A DNA stretch of 64,000 nt from contig JARGNZ010000001.1 in the NCBI GenBank assembly GCA_029209985.1, forward strand, positions 65,982 to 129,981. The letters are read 5' to 3'. Below, piece after piece: positions 1-10,659 of the stretch. The notes below the pieces were generated by a model that worked only from the letters and a program-made list of their open reading frames with translations, was not told where the DNA came from and made no database searches. Within the stretch, counting starts at the first letter, position 1; each line of letters opens with the position of its first letter. This stretch comes from Parvibaculaceae bacterium (lineage in GTDB: Bacteria > Pseudomonadota > Alphaproteobacteria > Parvibaculales > Parvibaculaceae). The position numbers and the translations under genes are program-made.

Positions 1-1
1 T

Positions 2-154
2 GGCCGTGCCGACAAGTGACTTGCGCCTTTTTGGCAAGCCAGAAGCATTTCAAACCCGCCGTATGGGGGTTGCATTGGCGCGTGGTCAAGATGTGGATGA
101 AGCACGGGCCCGCGCTTTGGAAGCAGCGGGCCGCGTGCGACCTGTTAAGTTGTG
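2..154 (+). CDS. purT: 3' end of formate-dependent phosphoribosylglycinamide formyltransferase (PurT-like), truncated by window edge
   Basis: Frame 2 reads [50 protein letters not shown]. The LFGKPE...RRMGVALA pattern matches the PurT C-terminus as I remember it. Confidence 0.5.
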
Positions 155-384
155 ACTTAGCTGGTTGAGACCGAGCTGTCAGCGGTTGATGAAGAAACTG
201 GTGCTGCAGCGGCAGGTTTCTTGATCATCATGACTTTCACGTCTTTTGGATATTCCTGCATTGAAGTGGTCACGGTTGGTTGAGCAGATTGGCAGCGTTG
301 TTAAGGGTATCGATGGCATCGACAATTATTAGCCTCGCAGCTCGCTGAGCACTGCCTTGCACCGATCCGCTGATGGAACTTTTT

Positions 385-726
385 TTAACCTTTGCAGTTA
401 ATTGAAACAGCGCCCTGTAGAGCCATTACCTCACCCTTCGCCTGAGCGAGTTCTCCTTGAACATCTGCACCAAAAACAGAGCCAACAGGAACGAGCAGGA
501 GGAATACGCCTACTGCATCGCCAGTGGCTGCATTATTTTGTGACCTCGTAAGAGCGCTCTGAGACGCTTGTTTTTGAGACAGCATTGTTTTTGTCTCGTC
601 ACAGCTAAGGCCAGCATAATTAGAAGAGGGAACAGCGATAGGAGCAACTGAAGAGGCTCGGGACGCACAACCGGCAAAAGAAAGTGCGCAAGCGCCCACG
701 AGCGCAAGTTTAATAATTGATGTCAT
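385..726 (-). CDS. small lipoprotein, unknown function
   Basis: ORF 385..738. The N-terminus MTSIIKLALVGACALSFAGC has a signal peptide plus lipobox (FAGC). The ATG at 726 is preferred. It is divergent from the LysR gene. Confidence 0.6.
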   Translation of the reverse strand: MTSIIKLALVGACALSFAGCASRASSVAPIAVPSSNYAGLSCDETKTMLSQKQASQSALTRSQNNAATGDAVGVFLLLVPVGSVFGADVQGELAQAKGEVMALQGAVSINCKG

Positions 727-895
727 TGGATTCCCCATAATAAAACTCTAAAAGTACCGTAGTCATTTCACCTTATGCATTTGATGGCAAGGTAATTTGA
801 CGCGTAGGCGTTATGCATTTTAGCAAAACTCTATTTGCATTTTTATCTGAAGAGTGCTTTTTCTAGTCCGGTTAGGCGATTATAAGGGCTTGAGC

Positions 896-1840
896 ATGAA
901 CTGGGATGATTTGCGATATTTTTTGGCAGTGGCATCAGCGGGCAGCTTGTCGGGTGCTTCTCATCAGCTCGGTGTCAATACCACCACGGTTTTGCGGCGC
1001 ATTGCCTCGCTGGAAGATGACTTAGGGGCACGCTTGTTTGACCGGGAGCGCACTGGTTATCGATTAACGCAAGATGGCGACCGTTTGTTGGAAACATTAG
1101 ACCCGGTTGAACGCAAGTTGACTTCTTTGTCGCGGGATTTTCAGGCCGCGCAACCTGGCGGCGGGGGCACTGTGCGATTGGCCGTGGGGGAGGTTCTTGC
1201 GGCAAAAATTGTGGCGCCGAGTGTCGCTGCATTCCACGAACGCTATCCCCACCTTGAATTAGAAGTGATGGCAGATGCGGCAGCTGTTGGTGGCGGGATT
1301 GCCCCGCGCGTGGCAGTGCCTCTGAAAGATGTTGATATGGCCATACGTGCTGCGCGCCCGACGCAGGGCGACATGATTATGCGGAAGCTGGGTGACATGG
1401 CGTATGGGCTGTACGGATCGAAAGCTTATTTGCAGGAACATGGGCACCCTCAGGAATTGAGCGATTTGGCCGGGCATTCTCTCATTGGGTTTTCACGTAA
1501 TGATTCTCCTTTTGGCCCGATTTGGTGGATGTCGCGGGCTGAAAAAGTGGGGGAGATCGCATTTCGCTCATCCAGTGCCGCCGCGCGTGCCCGCGCGGTG
1601 CTGGACAGTAATGGTTTGGCGGTTTTGCCGTGCGTGGTTGGGGATGTTGAGCCAGAAATGGATAGGGTGTTTGGGCCTGATATTGTCGGTTCTTTGGAGC
1701 TTTGGCTGCTGACACGCAATGATTTAGCCCAGCAGGCGCATGTGCGTGCTGTGATGGAATTTATGGTGGAAGTTGTGCGCCGAGCGCGCAGTGAGTTGGA
1801 AGGGGATCCGCGACGGCTCACGGAGCTTCCGCCTAAATAG
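896..1840 (+). CDS. LysR-family transcriptional regulator
   Basis: MNWDDLRYFLAVASAGSLSGASHQLGVNTTTVLRRIASLE is a typical LysR wHTH N-terminus. Length of about 314 aa fits. Internal ATG at 896 of ORF 854..1840. Confidence 0.9.
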   Translation: MNWDDLRYFLAVASAGSLSGASHQLGVNTTTVLRRIASLEDDLGARLFDRERTGYRLTQDGDRLLETLDPVERKLTSLSRDFQAAQPGGGGTVRLAVGEVLAAKIVAPSVAAFHERYPHLELEVMADAAAVGGGIAPRVAVPLKDVDMAIRAARPTQGDMIMRKLGDMAYGLYGSKAYLQEHGHPQELSDLAGHSLIGFSRNDSPFGPIWWMSRAEKVGEIAFRSSSAAARARAVLDSNGLAVLPCVVGDVEPEMDRVFGPDIVGSLELWLLTRNDLAQQAHVRAVMEFMVEVVRRARSELEGDPRRLTELPPK

Positions 1841-2100
1841 GAATGGGCGCACTAGAGATTCTCTCGTGACACATATATGCGGCGTCAAAAAGCCCTGATT
1901 GAGTCGATAGACTGAAAAGAAGGGCCTTTATATTTGCTTTGAACACAGAAAAATGAGGCAACGCCCTTTTTATGCCACGAATCTCGCGTTATTAACCGTT
2001 TAGCTACTATAAGTAGTCACACTCTGTTTAGGTTAATGGTTAGAATACAGCAGCGACCCATATAGGGTGATGTAAATTTATAATCTGTCGAGATTGGTGA

Positions 2101-3189
<1,089 letters not shown>

Positions 3190-3273
3190 CATCTGTTTGA
3201 TGAGACGTAACCTGATCAAAGGTTTTGGTGGGAATTTCGGCAGCTACGCCGGTAATTGCAGAGGGTATGATCT

Positions 3274-4230
3274 GTGAAAGACCCATCCAATCGGTTGGCT
3301 TCTCCGCTACAGGAGTTTACACACCGAGTTTCACTTATATTTATGCTGACGTTGGCTGCCGCCCTGCTTTTGTTGGGGCGGGCGGAGACCTACGTCGTTG
3401 ACCAGGCGCGCCAAGTGGTGACGGATATTGCCGCTCCTTTGTTGGAGCTGGCCTCTCGTCCTGTTGCGGCGACGCGCCGGTTGGTTGAGCGCACTGACGA
3501 ATACGCTTACGTGTTTGATGAAAACGAACACTTGCGTGAAGAAAATTCTGACCTTTTAGAGTGGAAAGAAAAAGCACTTCGGTATGAAGCCAAAATTGCC
3601 CGCTATGAGGCTTTGTTGAATGTGCAGGTTGACCCAACGATCAGCTATGCAACCGGGCGTGTGGTGGGGGACCGAGGGGGACCATTCGTTGAAACTTACA
3701 TTGTCAATGTGGGCCGTGAGCACGGGGTTGCCAGCGGACAGGCCGTTGTTGATTCTGACGGATTGATTGGCCGGATTGTTTCGACCGGTGAAAAAGCCTC
3801 TCGTATTCTTCTTCTTACTGATTTGAACAGCCGGGTGCCGGTGGTGATTGAACCAACGCGCTATCGGGCTGTTTTGGCGGGGGATAACTCACCTTGGCCG
3901 CGTGTGGAATATTTGCCAGCGGGATCTGGTGTTGCACCGGGGGACCGGGTGGTGACTTCTGGGCACGGGGGGCTGATGCCTGCTGGGTTGCCTGTGGGGG
4001 TTGTCATTGCTACGGACGATGGTTTCTTACGGGTTCAAACATTTTCTAATAGGGACCGGCTCGATAGTGTGCGGGTTCTGCAATATGAATTTCCTTCTGA
4101 GGTATCCCGTCAAGACCCGCCGCTTGCTTTGCAAAAACCGGAAGAGCCAAAAGAAGGCGGTGCGGGGGCTGCACAAGCTGCCTCGCCGGCTGTTCCTGCG
4201 ACACCGGCTGCGCCTACCGGGGGGCAATAA
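3274..4230 (+). CDS. mreC: rod shape-determining protein MreC
   Basis: Position directly after mreB. It has an N-terminal TM segment, a coiled-coil region (ENEHLREENSDLLEWKEKALRYE), a beta-rich core (GLIGRIV...) and a Pro/Ala-rich tail. GTG start. Confidence 0.9.
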   Translation: MKDPSNRLASPLQEFTHRVSLIFMLTLAAALLLLGRAETYVVDQARQVVTDIAAPLLELASRPVAATRRLVERTDEYAYVFDENEHLREENSDLLEWKEKALRYEAKIARYEALLNVQVDPTISYATGRVVGDRGGPFVETYIVNVGREHGVASGQAVVDSDGLIGRIVSTGEKASRILLLTDLNSRVPVVIEPTRYRAVLAGDNSPWPRVEYLPAGSGVAPGDRVVTSGHGGLMPAGLPVGVVIATDDGFLRVQTFSNRDRLDSVRVLQYEFPSEVSRQDPPLALQKPEEPKEGGAGAAQAASPAVPATPAAPTGGQ

Positions 4231-4757
4231 TGGACCCGATTGGCCCAACATCAGCGGTGCGAGCTGGTAAATTTGTCCTCTTGCTGCTGCCTTTTGTGAT
4301 CGGTGTGGCCTGTGTATTGCTCAGTTTTGTGCCTTTAAGCTCCATTATTGGTTTGCAAGTGGCTCCGCTCTACGCGCTTATTGTGGTTTATTTCTGGAGT
4401 ATTCATCAGCCTGACGTTTTGCCGCCGTATGCTATTTTGGTGATTGGGTTGCTGTATGACCTGCTTTCCTACGGTCCGATTGGCCTGTGGACTGTGATTT
4501 TTCTGGCTACTTATGGCTTTGTGCAATCGCAGCGATTGGTTCTGCTGGGACGGCCTTTTGTGATGTTTTGGCTTGGTTTCGCGATTACGGCTGGTTTGGC
4601 AGGTAGTCTCGCTTGGAGCATGGCCAGCCTTTATAATGGTGTATGGATTTCAGCTTGGCCGGTTGTTAGTCAAATTTTGGCCACTGTTATTGTGTTCCCT
4701 ATATTTGTGATGCTCTTTAGCTGGGCCAGCAGAAGTGTAAATTCTACCTCCTCATAA
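4230..4757 (+). CDS. mreD: rod shape-determining protein MreD
   Basis: 175-aa polytopic membrane protein whose ATG overlaps the mreC stop by 1 nt. Canonical position between mreC and PBP2. Confidence 0.85.
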   Translation: MDPIGPTSAVRAGKFVLLLLPFVIGVACVLLSFVPLSSIIGLQVAPLYALIVVYFWSIHQPDVLPPYAILVIGLLYDLLSYGPIGLWTVIFLATYGFVQSQRLVLLGRPFVMFWLGFAITAGLAGSLAWSMASLYNGVWISAWPVVSQILATVIVFPIFVMLFSWASRSVNSTSS

Positions 4758-4803
4758 TTGAGGGGGAGAGAAACTTTATGTGTTTGAGGAGTGTTGACGC
4801 GCG

Positions 4804-6684
4804 ATGTTCATGGAGAAAGACAGTGTTCGGCTGAAAACCTTCTCCCGTCGGGCTGCCTTAATTGGCGGTGTGCAATTTGCTGCGTTCTCCGTGCTTGCCA
4901 GCCGTATGTACTATCTACAGGTTCTTAAATCTGACGAATACACAATGCTGGCGGAAGATAACCGGATCAATGTTCGGCTGCTTGCGCCTTTGCGCGGTGA
5001 AATTGTTGACCGGTTTGGCAAGGTGTTGGTTTCCAATCGGCAAAACTTTCGTGTGCTGTTGGTGCCGGAGCAATCTAACGACATTGAAGAAACGCTCGAC
5101 CGGGTGGGACGTTTGCTGAAAATCTCAGACCGGCAACGACGTAAAATTTTGCGTGATGCAAAACGCTCCGCCAAGTTTTTGCCGCTGACAGTGGCAGAAA
5201 ACCTGTCATGGGAAGAGTTTGCTGAGGTCAATATTCATGAACCAGACTTGCCCGGCATTCAACCCGATGTAGGCGAAACGCGCCACTATCCTTACGGGGA
5301 AGAGCTTGCTCATATTGTAGGGTATGTTGCGCCGGTTTCTGACCGTGATCTGGAAGATGACAAAGACCCGCTGCTAAAATTGCCGGGCTTTCGTATTGGT
5401 AAGCTGGGGCTTGAGTCCCGCCTTGATGATGAGCTGCGCGGCAAGGCGGGGGCTTCCCATGTGGAAGTGAATGCCTATGGACGTGTCATTCGTGAGCTTT
5501 CAAAAGATCCGGGCACGGCTGGTGCGCCCATTACGCTGACGCTGGATATGGACGTACAGAAATATGCGATTGATCGCATGGCTGGGGAGTCTGGTGCTGC
5601 GGTTGTGATGGATATTCACACCGGTGAGGTGGTGACTATTGCTTCTACGCCTGCGTTCGATTCAAACGATTTTAATGTTGGCTTGAGCCAAAAGAAATGG
5701 GACGGGCTGCGTAATAATATTTACAAGCCGCTCGTGAATAAAGCGATTGCCGGTCAATACCCACCGGGATCAACAGTTAAGATGATGGTGGCTCTTGCTG
5801 CCTTTGAAAGTGGTTTGGTTAATCCGCGCCACCGGGTAAATTGCACGGGTAAATATACTTTAGGCAACCATGATTTCCATTGCTGGAAAAAACGTGGGCA
5901 CGGGCCTGTCGATATGCACCATGCGATCATGTATTCCTGCGATACCTATTTTTATGAAATTGCTAAAAAGATCGGCATCGACCGGATTGAAGCGATGGCG
6001 CGTCGGCTTGGATTGGGTGAGACGCATGGCTTTGAGGTGCCGGGCGAAAAAAGTGGGTTGGTGCCAAGTCGCGATTGGAAACGTGCGCGCACGGGTAATT
6101 CATGGCAGCAAGGCGAAACTCTTATTGCGGGTATTGGGCAAGGCTACATGCTTGCGACGCCGCTCCAATTAGCAGTGATGACCTCTCGTATTGCAAATGG
6201 CGGGTTTGCTGTGCAACCGCGCATTGTACGCGGTGTTGGCGAGACCTTTATTCCGCCCCCTGAGGCATCTGATATGGGCATTTCCAAGGCGGGGCTTGAG
6301 CTTGTGAAAGCCGGGATGAATGCTGTTTCAAACATTCCCGGCGGCACGGCTTTTCGTTCGCGCATTAAAGAAAAAGGCATGGAGCTCGCAGGTAAAACGG
6401 GCACCGCGCAAGTGCGCCGCATTTCTAAAGCTGAACGGGAAAGTGGCGTGCTCAAGAACAAAGAGCTGGAATGGAAGCAGCGTGACCACGCGCTGTTTGT
6501 GGCTTTTGCCCCAGTTGATAATCCACAGTATGCCATTTCATTGATTGTTGAACATGGCGGCTCCGGGTCTGGTGTAGCGGCTCCTATTGCGCGAGATATT
6601 ATGAGGCGTGTGTTAGAGCGTGATCCGGCGAAACGCCTTACGGCTGCCGCGACGGCTCCTAAACCTGCGAAGCGGGGGGGCTAA
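4804..6684 (+). CDS. mrdA: penicillin-binding protein 2 (elongasome transpeptidase)
   Basis: 626 aa with an N-terminal anchor. Transpeptidase motifs are STVK (PPGSTVKMMVA), SCD (YSCDTYFY) and KTGT (AGKTGTAQV). It sits immediately upstream of rodA. Confidence 0.95.
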   Translation: MFMEKDSVRLKTFSRRAALIGGVQFAAFSVLASRMYYLQVLKSDEYTMLAEDNRINVRLLAPLRGEIVDRFGKVLVSNRQNFRVLLVPEQSNDIEETLDRVGRLLKISDRQRRKILRDAKRSAKFLPLTVAENLSWEEFAEVNIHEPDLPGIQPDVGETRHYPYGEELAHIVGYVAPVSDRDLEDDKDPLLKLPGFRIGKLGLESRLDDELRGKAGASHVEVNAYGRVIRELSKDPGTAGAPITLTLDMDVQKYAIDRMAGESGAAVVMDIHTGEVVTIASTPAFDSNDFNVGLSQKKWDGLRNNIYKPLVNKAIAGQYPPGSTVKMMVALAAFESGLVNPRHRVNCTGKYTLGNHDFHCWKKRGHGPVDMHHAIMYSCDTYFYEIAKKIGIDRIEAMARRLGLGETHGFEVPGEKSGLVPSRDWKRARTGNSWQQGETLIAGIGQGYMLATPLQLAVMTSRIANGGFAVQPRIVRGVGETFIPPPEASDMGISKAGLELVKAGMNAVSNIPGGTAFRSRIKEKGMELAGKTGTAQVRRISKAERESGVLKNKELEWKQRDHALFVAFAPVDNPQYAISLIVEHGGSGSGVAAPIARDIMRRVLERDPAKRLTAAATAPKPAKRGG

Positions 6685-6685
6685 T

Positions 6686-7843
6686 ATGTCAGACGGATTC
6701 TTTGGGGGACCGGGTGGCGGTCGTGATCTACGGATCAAAGAAAAATTCTTTGAATTTAATTGGGGGCTTTTGCTTTTGCTCATCGCCATTGCGTCGATGG
6801 GATTTGCAATGCTCTATTCTGTGGCGGATGGTAATTGGGACCCTTGGGCGACCCGTCAAATTATCCGCTTCTGCATGGGGGTGGTGATCCTCTTTGTGGT
6901 GGCTTTTGTTGATGTTCGCGTGTGGATGAGCTTGGCCTATCCAGCTTATGCGGTGTCGCTTTTGCTGTTGGTAGGTGTGGAGCTTATCGGATTTAAGGGC
7001 ATGGGGGCTCAGCGGTGGATCAACCTTGGGTTCATGCAACTGCAGCCTTCTGAGTTGATGAAGATCACTCTTATTCTTGCTCTGGCTCGGTACTTTCATG
7101 CGTTGACGTCGGAGCAGGTGTCACGCATTCGATTTGTCATTCCGCCTTTGATTATGATTGGCGTGCCGATGGCGCTGGTTCTCAAGCAACCTGATTTGGG
7201 CACGGCGTTGTTGCTCGCGGTGGTGGGCATTTCCTTGTTCTTTTTGGCTGGGTTGGCTTGGCGGTATTTTATTGTTGCGGGCATTGCGGTGATGGGGGCT
7301 ATCCCGGTGATATGGAGCCGCTTGCACGATTATCAAAAACAGCGTGTGCTGACATTTATGGATCCGGAAAGTGATCCGCTGGGAGCTGGCTACCATATTT
7401 TGCAATCAAAAATTGCTTTGGGGTCTGGCGGACTTTTTGGCAAAGGTTTTATGCAGGGTACTCAAGCGCATCTAAACTTTTTACCAGAAAAGCATACGGA
7501 CTTTATTTTCACGATGCTGGCGGAAGAGTTGGGCTTGGTGGGTGCTATGACGTTGATGGTGCTTTACCTTATGGTCTTGCTTTTTGGTATTACGGTTGGA
7601 TTGCAAACACGCAATCAATTTGGTCGGTTGGTTGCTTTGGGCGTGGTGGTGAACTTCTTCCTCTATATCTTTATCAACATCGCCATGGTGATGGGATTGC
7701 TGCCTGTCGTGGGTGTGCCGCTTCCGTTGGTGTCATACGGGGGGACGGCTATGCTGACGTTGATGCTGGGTTTTGGATTGCTGATGTGCGTTTACATTCA
7801 TCGCAATATGGAAATAAATCGAAACCCAACTTCTTTTTGGTAG
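6686..7843 (+). CDS. rodA: SEDS-family peptidoglycan polymerase RodA
   Basis: Polytopic membrane protein with FtsW/RodA motifs (QPSELMKI, LKQPDLGTA, PEKHTDFIF, GVPLPLVSYGG). The ATG at 6686 follows the PBP2 stop. The 5' extension of ORF 6620 overlaps mrdA and is rejected. Confidence 0.95.
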   Translation: MSDGFFGGPGGGRDLRIKEKFFEFNWGLLLLLIAIASMGFAMLYSVADGNWDPWATRQIIRFCMGVVILFVVAFVDVRVWMSLAYPAYAVSLLLLVGVELIGFKGMGAQRWINLGFMQLQPSELMKITLILALARYFHALTSEQVSRIRFVIPPLIMIGVPMALVLKQPDLGTALLLAVVGISLFFLAGLAWRYFIVAGIAVMGAIPVIWSRLHDYQKQRVLTFMDPESDPLGAGYHILQSKIALGSGGLFGKGFMQGTQAHLNFLPEKHTDFIFTMLAEELGLVGAMTLMVLYLMVLLFGITVGLQTRNQFGRLVALGVVVNFFLYIFINIAMVMGLLPVVGVPLPLVSYGGTAMLTLMLGFGLLMCVYIHRNMEINRNPTSFW

Positions 7844-7869
7844 CGGAATTTTCCGAACATATATTACGC

Positions 7870-7897
7870 AAAAGGCCAGAGCATGCTCTGGCCTTTT
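7870..7897. terminator. bidirectional intrinsic terminator between rodA and the convergent amidohydrolase gene
   Basis: AAAAGGCCAGAGC-AT-GCTCTGGCCTTTT is a perfect GC-rich palindrome flanked by an A-run and a T-run. Confidence 0.75.
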
Positions 7898-7916
7898 CGT
7901 ATTCTGTTGGGGGGGC

Positions 7917-9644
7917 TTATTGCGCTGCGGCTGGTCTTTCTTGGGCGCCTCGGATCAACTTACCGCCAAGGATGCCTGTTGGCTCGCCTTCACGAAAGGC
8001 TACTTCTCCGTTGACCAATGTTGCGGTGTAGCCTTTGGCCCGTTGGATGAGGCGTTTTCCACCTGCAGGCAAGTCATGCACAATGGTGGGGGGAAAGAGG
8101 GTCAAATTATCGTAGTCGATGACGTTGATATCTGCACGCATTCCTACTTGTAAAACCCCGCGATCTTTGAGGCCTACCAGCTCTGCATTTTTTTGGGTTT
8201 GTCCATGGATGACCCATTCGATTGGTAATTTGGGGCCACGCGTTCGATCCCGGGTCCAATGGGTGAGAAGAGTGGTTGGGAAGCTGGCATCGCAAATGAT
8301 GCCAACATGCGCGCCGCCATCTCCTAAGCCGAAGGCCGTGTTTGGGTGGGTAAGCATTGTATGCACATGGTCGAGGCTGCCCTCAAGATAGTTCATGAGT
8401 GGGAAATACATCAGGGCATTTCCGTTGTCTTGCAACATCATGTCCAAAATAACTTCACGTGGGTCTTTGCCGCTTTGTTCGGCTTTGGCCGCCACGCTGT
8501 TTTTTGGCTCTGGCTCATAATTGACGGGATTACCCAGCTCGAACATTTTGTGATGGCCGGTACAGAGCAGGGTGATGATTTCGCCCTCTGGGTAGGTGGG
8601 CTCTTCGGCAAGTAGGCGGGCGCGGAACGCGGGGTCCTTGAGGGCTTCCACTTGTTTTTCAAGCGGTGCATGGCCGATCTCTCGGAATGTTGAATGCATG
8701 ATAAATGGATTGAGGGAGGCGGTAAGGCCCATCAATAAGCCAGTTGCGCGCGGCGGTACTTGGCCTTGCATTGGCAGCCCGTCGTTTGCTGCTTTTTCGA
8801 TATGATCTAAGACTTGCTTCCAAACAGTTGGATAGCGATCGTCTTGTTCAATCGTCAAGGAAAGGGGGCGGCCAGAGGCTTCGACCATGCCGCGAATAAG
8901 TGCGAATTCTTCGTCTACATCCCGGAAGTCGGCGATCAGCTGTAAAACACCTTTTCCGGTTTTGCCCATCGCACGGGCGATGCCATGCAGTTCATCTGCC
9001 TCAGACTTAAAGCTGGGGGTATGATCGCCATTTGCGGCCCGGTGTTTTTCGGTGCGAGAGGTACTAAAACCCAATGCTCCGGCCTCTAACGCTTCAACCA
9101 CCAGTTGGGACATTTCTGAAATGTCGGTTGGGTTGGCCGGTTCCAAATCCGCCCCCCGTTGGCCCATGACGTAAGCCCGCAAGGCGCCATGGGGAACTTG
9201 TACGCCGATGTCTATTGAGAGGGGTGAGGTTTCTAGTGTGTCCATATATTCAGGCACACTTTCCCATCGCCAATCAATGCCTTCTGCCAAGGCCGTGCCG
9301 GGAATATCTTCTACGCCTTCCATCAAACCGATGAGCCAGTCTTGTTGGTCTGGTTTGCACGGGGCAAAGCCGACGCCGCAATTGCCCATGATGGCTGTTG
9401 TTACCCCGTGGCAGGTGGAGGGCTGGAGATAGGGGTCCCATGTGACTTGGCCGTCGTAGTGGGTGTGCACATCGACAAAGCCGGGGGTCACAATTTGGCC
9501 TGCGGCATTTATTTCTTCGCGGGCTGGGGCATCAATTGTGCCGATTACTGTGATGATGCCGTTGTCTATTGCGATGTCTGCGCTGAGGGGTTTTGAGCCT
9601 GTCCCGTCATAGACGGTGCCGCCGCGAATGATGATGTCGTGCAT
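7917..9644 (-). CDS. N-acyl-D-amino-acid deacylase (D-aminoacylase) family amidohydrolase
   Basis: MHDIIIRGGTVYDGTG...IVTPGFVDVHTHYDGQ...AIMGNCGVGFAP is characteristic of this family. Strong SD (GGGAGGATACC) lies before the ATG at 9644. Confidence 0.85.
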   Translation of the reverse strand: MHDIIIRGGTVYDGTGSKPLSADIAIDNGIITVIGTIDAPAREEINAAGQIVTPGFVDVHTHYDGQVTWDPYLQPSTCHGVTTAIMGNCGVGFAPCKPDQQDWLIGLMEGVEDIPGTALAEGIDWRWESVPEYMDTLETSPLSIDIGVQVPHGALRAYVMGQRGADLEPANPTDISEMSQLVVEALEAGALGFSTSRTEKHRAANGDHTPSFKSEADELHGIARAMGKTGKGVLQLIADFRDVDEEFALIRGMVEASGRPLSLTIEQDDRYPTVWKQVLDHIEKAANDGLPMQGQVPPRATGLLMGLTASLNPFIMHSTFREIGHAPLEKQVEALKDPAFRARLLAEEPTYPEGEIITLLCTGHHKMFELGNPVNYEPEPKNSVAAKAEQSGKDPREVILDMMLQDNGNALMYFPLMNYLEGSLDHVHTMLTHPNTAFGLGDGGAHVGIICDASFPTTLLTHWTRDRTRGPKLPIEWVIHGQTQKNAELVGLKDRGVLQVGMRADINVIDYDNLTLFPPTIVHDLPAGGKRLIQRAKGYTATLVNGEVAFREGEPTGILGGKLIRGAQERPAAAQ

Positions 9645-9715
9645 GGTATCCTCCCAAATCCTTGCTAATGTTTTGGCAAGCATAGCGCAGACGGAGGAGG
9701 GTGCCCAATAAAATG

Positions 9716-9743
9716 ACGGGCAGCTCTGCTAGGAGCTGCCCGT
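9716..9743 (-). terminator. intrinsic terminator downstream of the enoyl-CoA hydratase gene
   Basis: ACGGGCAGCTC-TGCTAG-GAGCTGCCCGT has an 11-bp stem. A T-rich tract follows on the minus strand (CATTTTATTGG). Confidence 0.6.
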
Positions 9744-9783
9744 GCGGTGTTAGATCGATAGGCTTCCGCTGGGGAAGTTGGTG

Positions 9784-10569
9784 TTAGGATGTTTGGGCTT
9801 TGCCGCGTTCGCGGATGCCTTCACGGCGATTTTCGATCGCGTCTGCACTGACGGCTGAGTTTGCGGATGCAGAGACTTTTTGTTCAGTCTTGAGGCCATC
9901 CCCATAGGCTTGCGCGTAGCCTTCGTCAATGAGGGCTTTGTACGCGTTGAGGCTTTCAGGCACGACGGTCAGCATGTCTTGTGCAAGTTTTTTACATGTT
10001 GCAAGCAGCTCAGCTTGTGGCACCACTTGGCCAACCAAACCCCATTCTGCAGCTTGCTGTGCGGACAAGAAATTGCCCGTAAAAGAGAGCTGCTTGGCAC
10101 GGTAGATGCCGATGGTGCGGGACAGTTTTTGTGATAACCCCCACCCTGGAAGAATGCCAACGCGGGCGTGGGTATCGGCAAAGCGGGCATTGTCGGAGGC
10201 AATAATCACATCACATGCAAGGGCAACTTCAAAGCCCCCGGTGATGGCAACGCCGTTGATGGCGCCGATTACAGGGCCTGAAAATTGGTTGATTGAGGTG
10301 ACGGGGTCTTTATTTGTGATGGTGCCTTGCGTGCCCATGCCGTCTTGGCCAAGTTCTTTCAAATCAAGACCGGCTGTGAAAGCGCGTTCGCCAGCGCCGG
10401 TCAAAATGACAACACGTGTTTCGGGGTCGGCTTCAAGGTCTTCAAATGTTTGGGCAAGCAGCGCGCGCAGCTCGGTGGAGAGCGCGTTCATCGCGTTTGG
10501 GCGATTGAGTGTGACGACAGCCACGCCGTTGTCTTTTTCTACAAGAACGACTGGTTCAGTTTGTGACAT
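9784..10569 (-). CDS. enoyl-CoA hydratase/isomerase (crotonase) family protein
   Basis: VAVVTLNRPNAMNALS...VVILTGAGERAFTAGLDLKE...GPVIGAINGVAITGGFEVALACD are classical crotonase oxyanion-hole motifs. Confidence 0.9.
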   Translation of the reverse strand: MSQTEPVVLVEKDNGVAVVTLNRPNAMNALSTELRALLAQTFEDLEADPETRVVILTGAGERAFTAGLDLKELGQDGMGTQGTITNKDPVTSINQFSGPVIGAINGVAITGGFEVALACDVIIASDNARFADTHARVGILPGWGLSQKLSRTIGIYRAKQLSFTGNFLSAQQAAEWGLVGQVVPQAELLATCKKLAQDMLTVVPESLNAYKALIDEGYAQAYGDGLKTEQKVSASANSAVSADAIENRREGIRERGKAQTS

Positions 10570-10659
10570 CTGGATAAATCCCTGAAGGTTTCTGTTCCCA
10601 GAGTCATATCAGGGCGCACGATGGTAGATCAACGTGCTTTTCAACCAGTTGGCCTTTGC

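Noticed and set aside
6620-6685. 5' extensions offered by the ORF track for rodA (6620), the aldolase (12369), mlaF (35401), mlaD (36368), mreB (2128), tauD (25596) and flbT (60052).
   Set aside because: The extensions overlap upstream genes or terminators and encode Arg/Cys-rich peptides. The internal ATGs give canonical family N-termini, several of them with good SD boxes.
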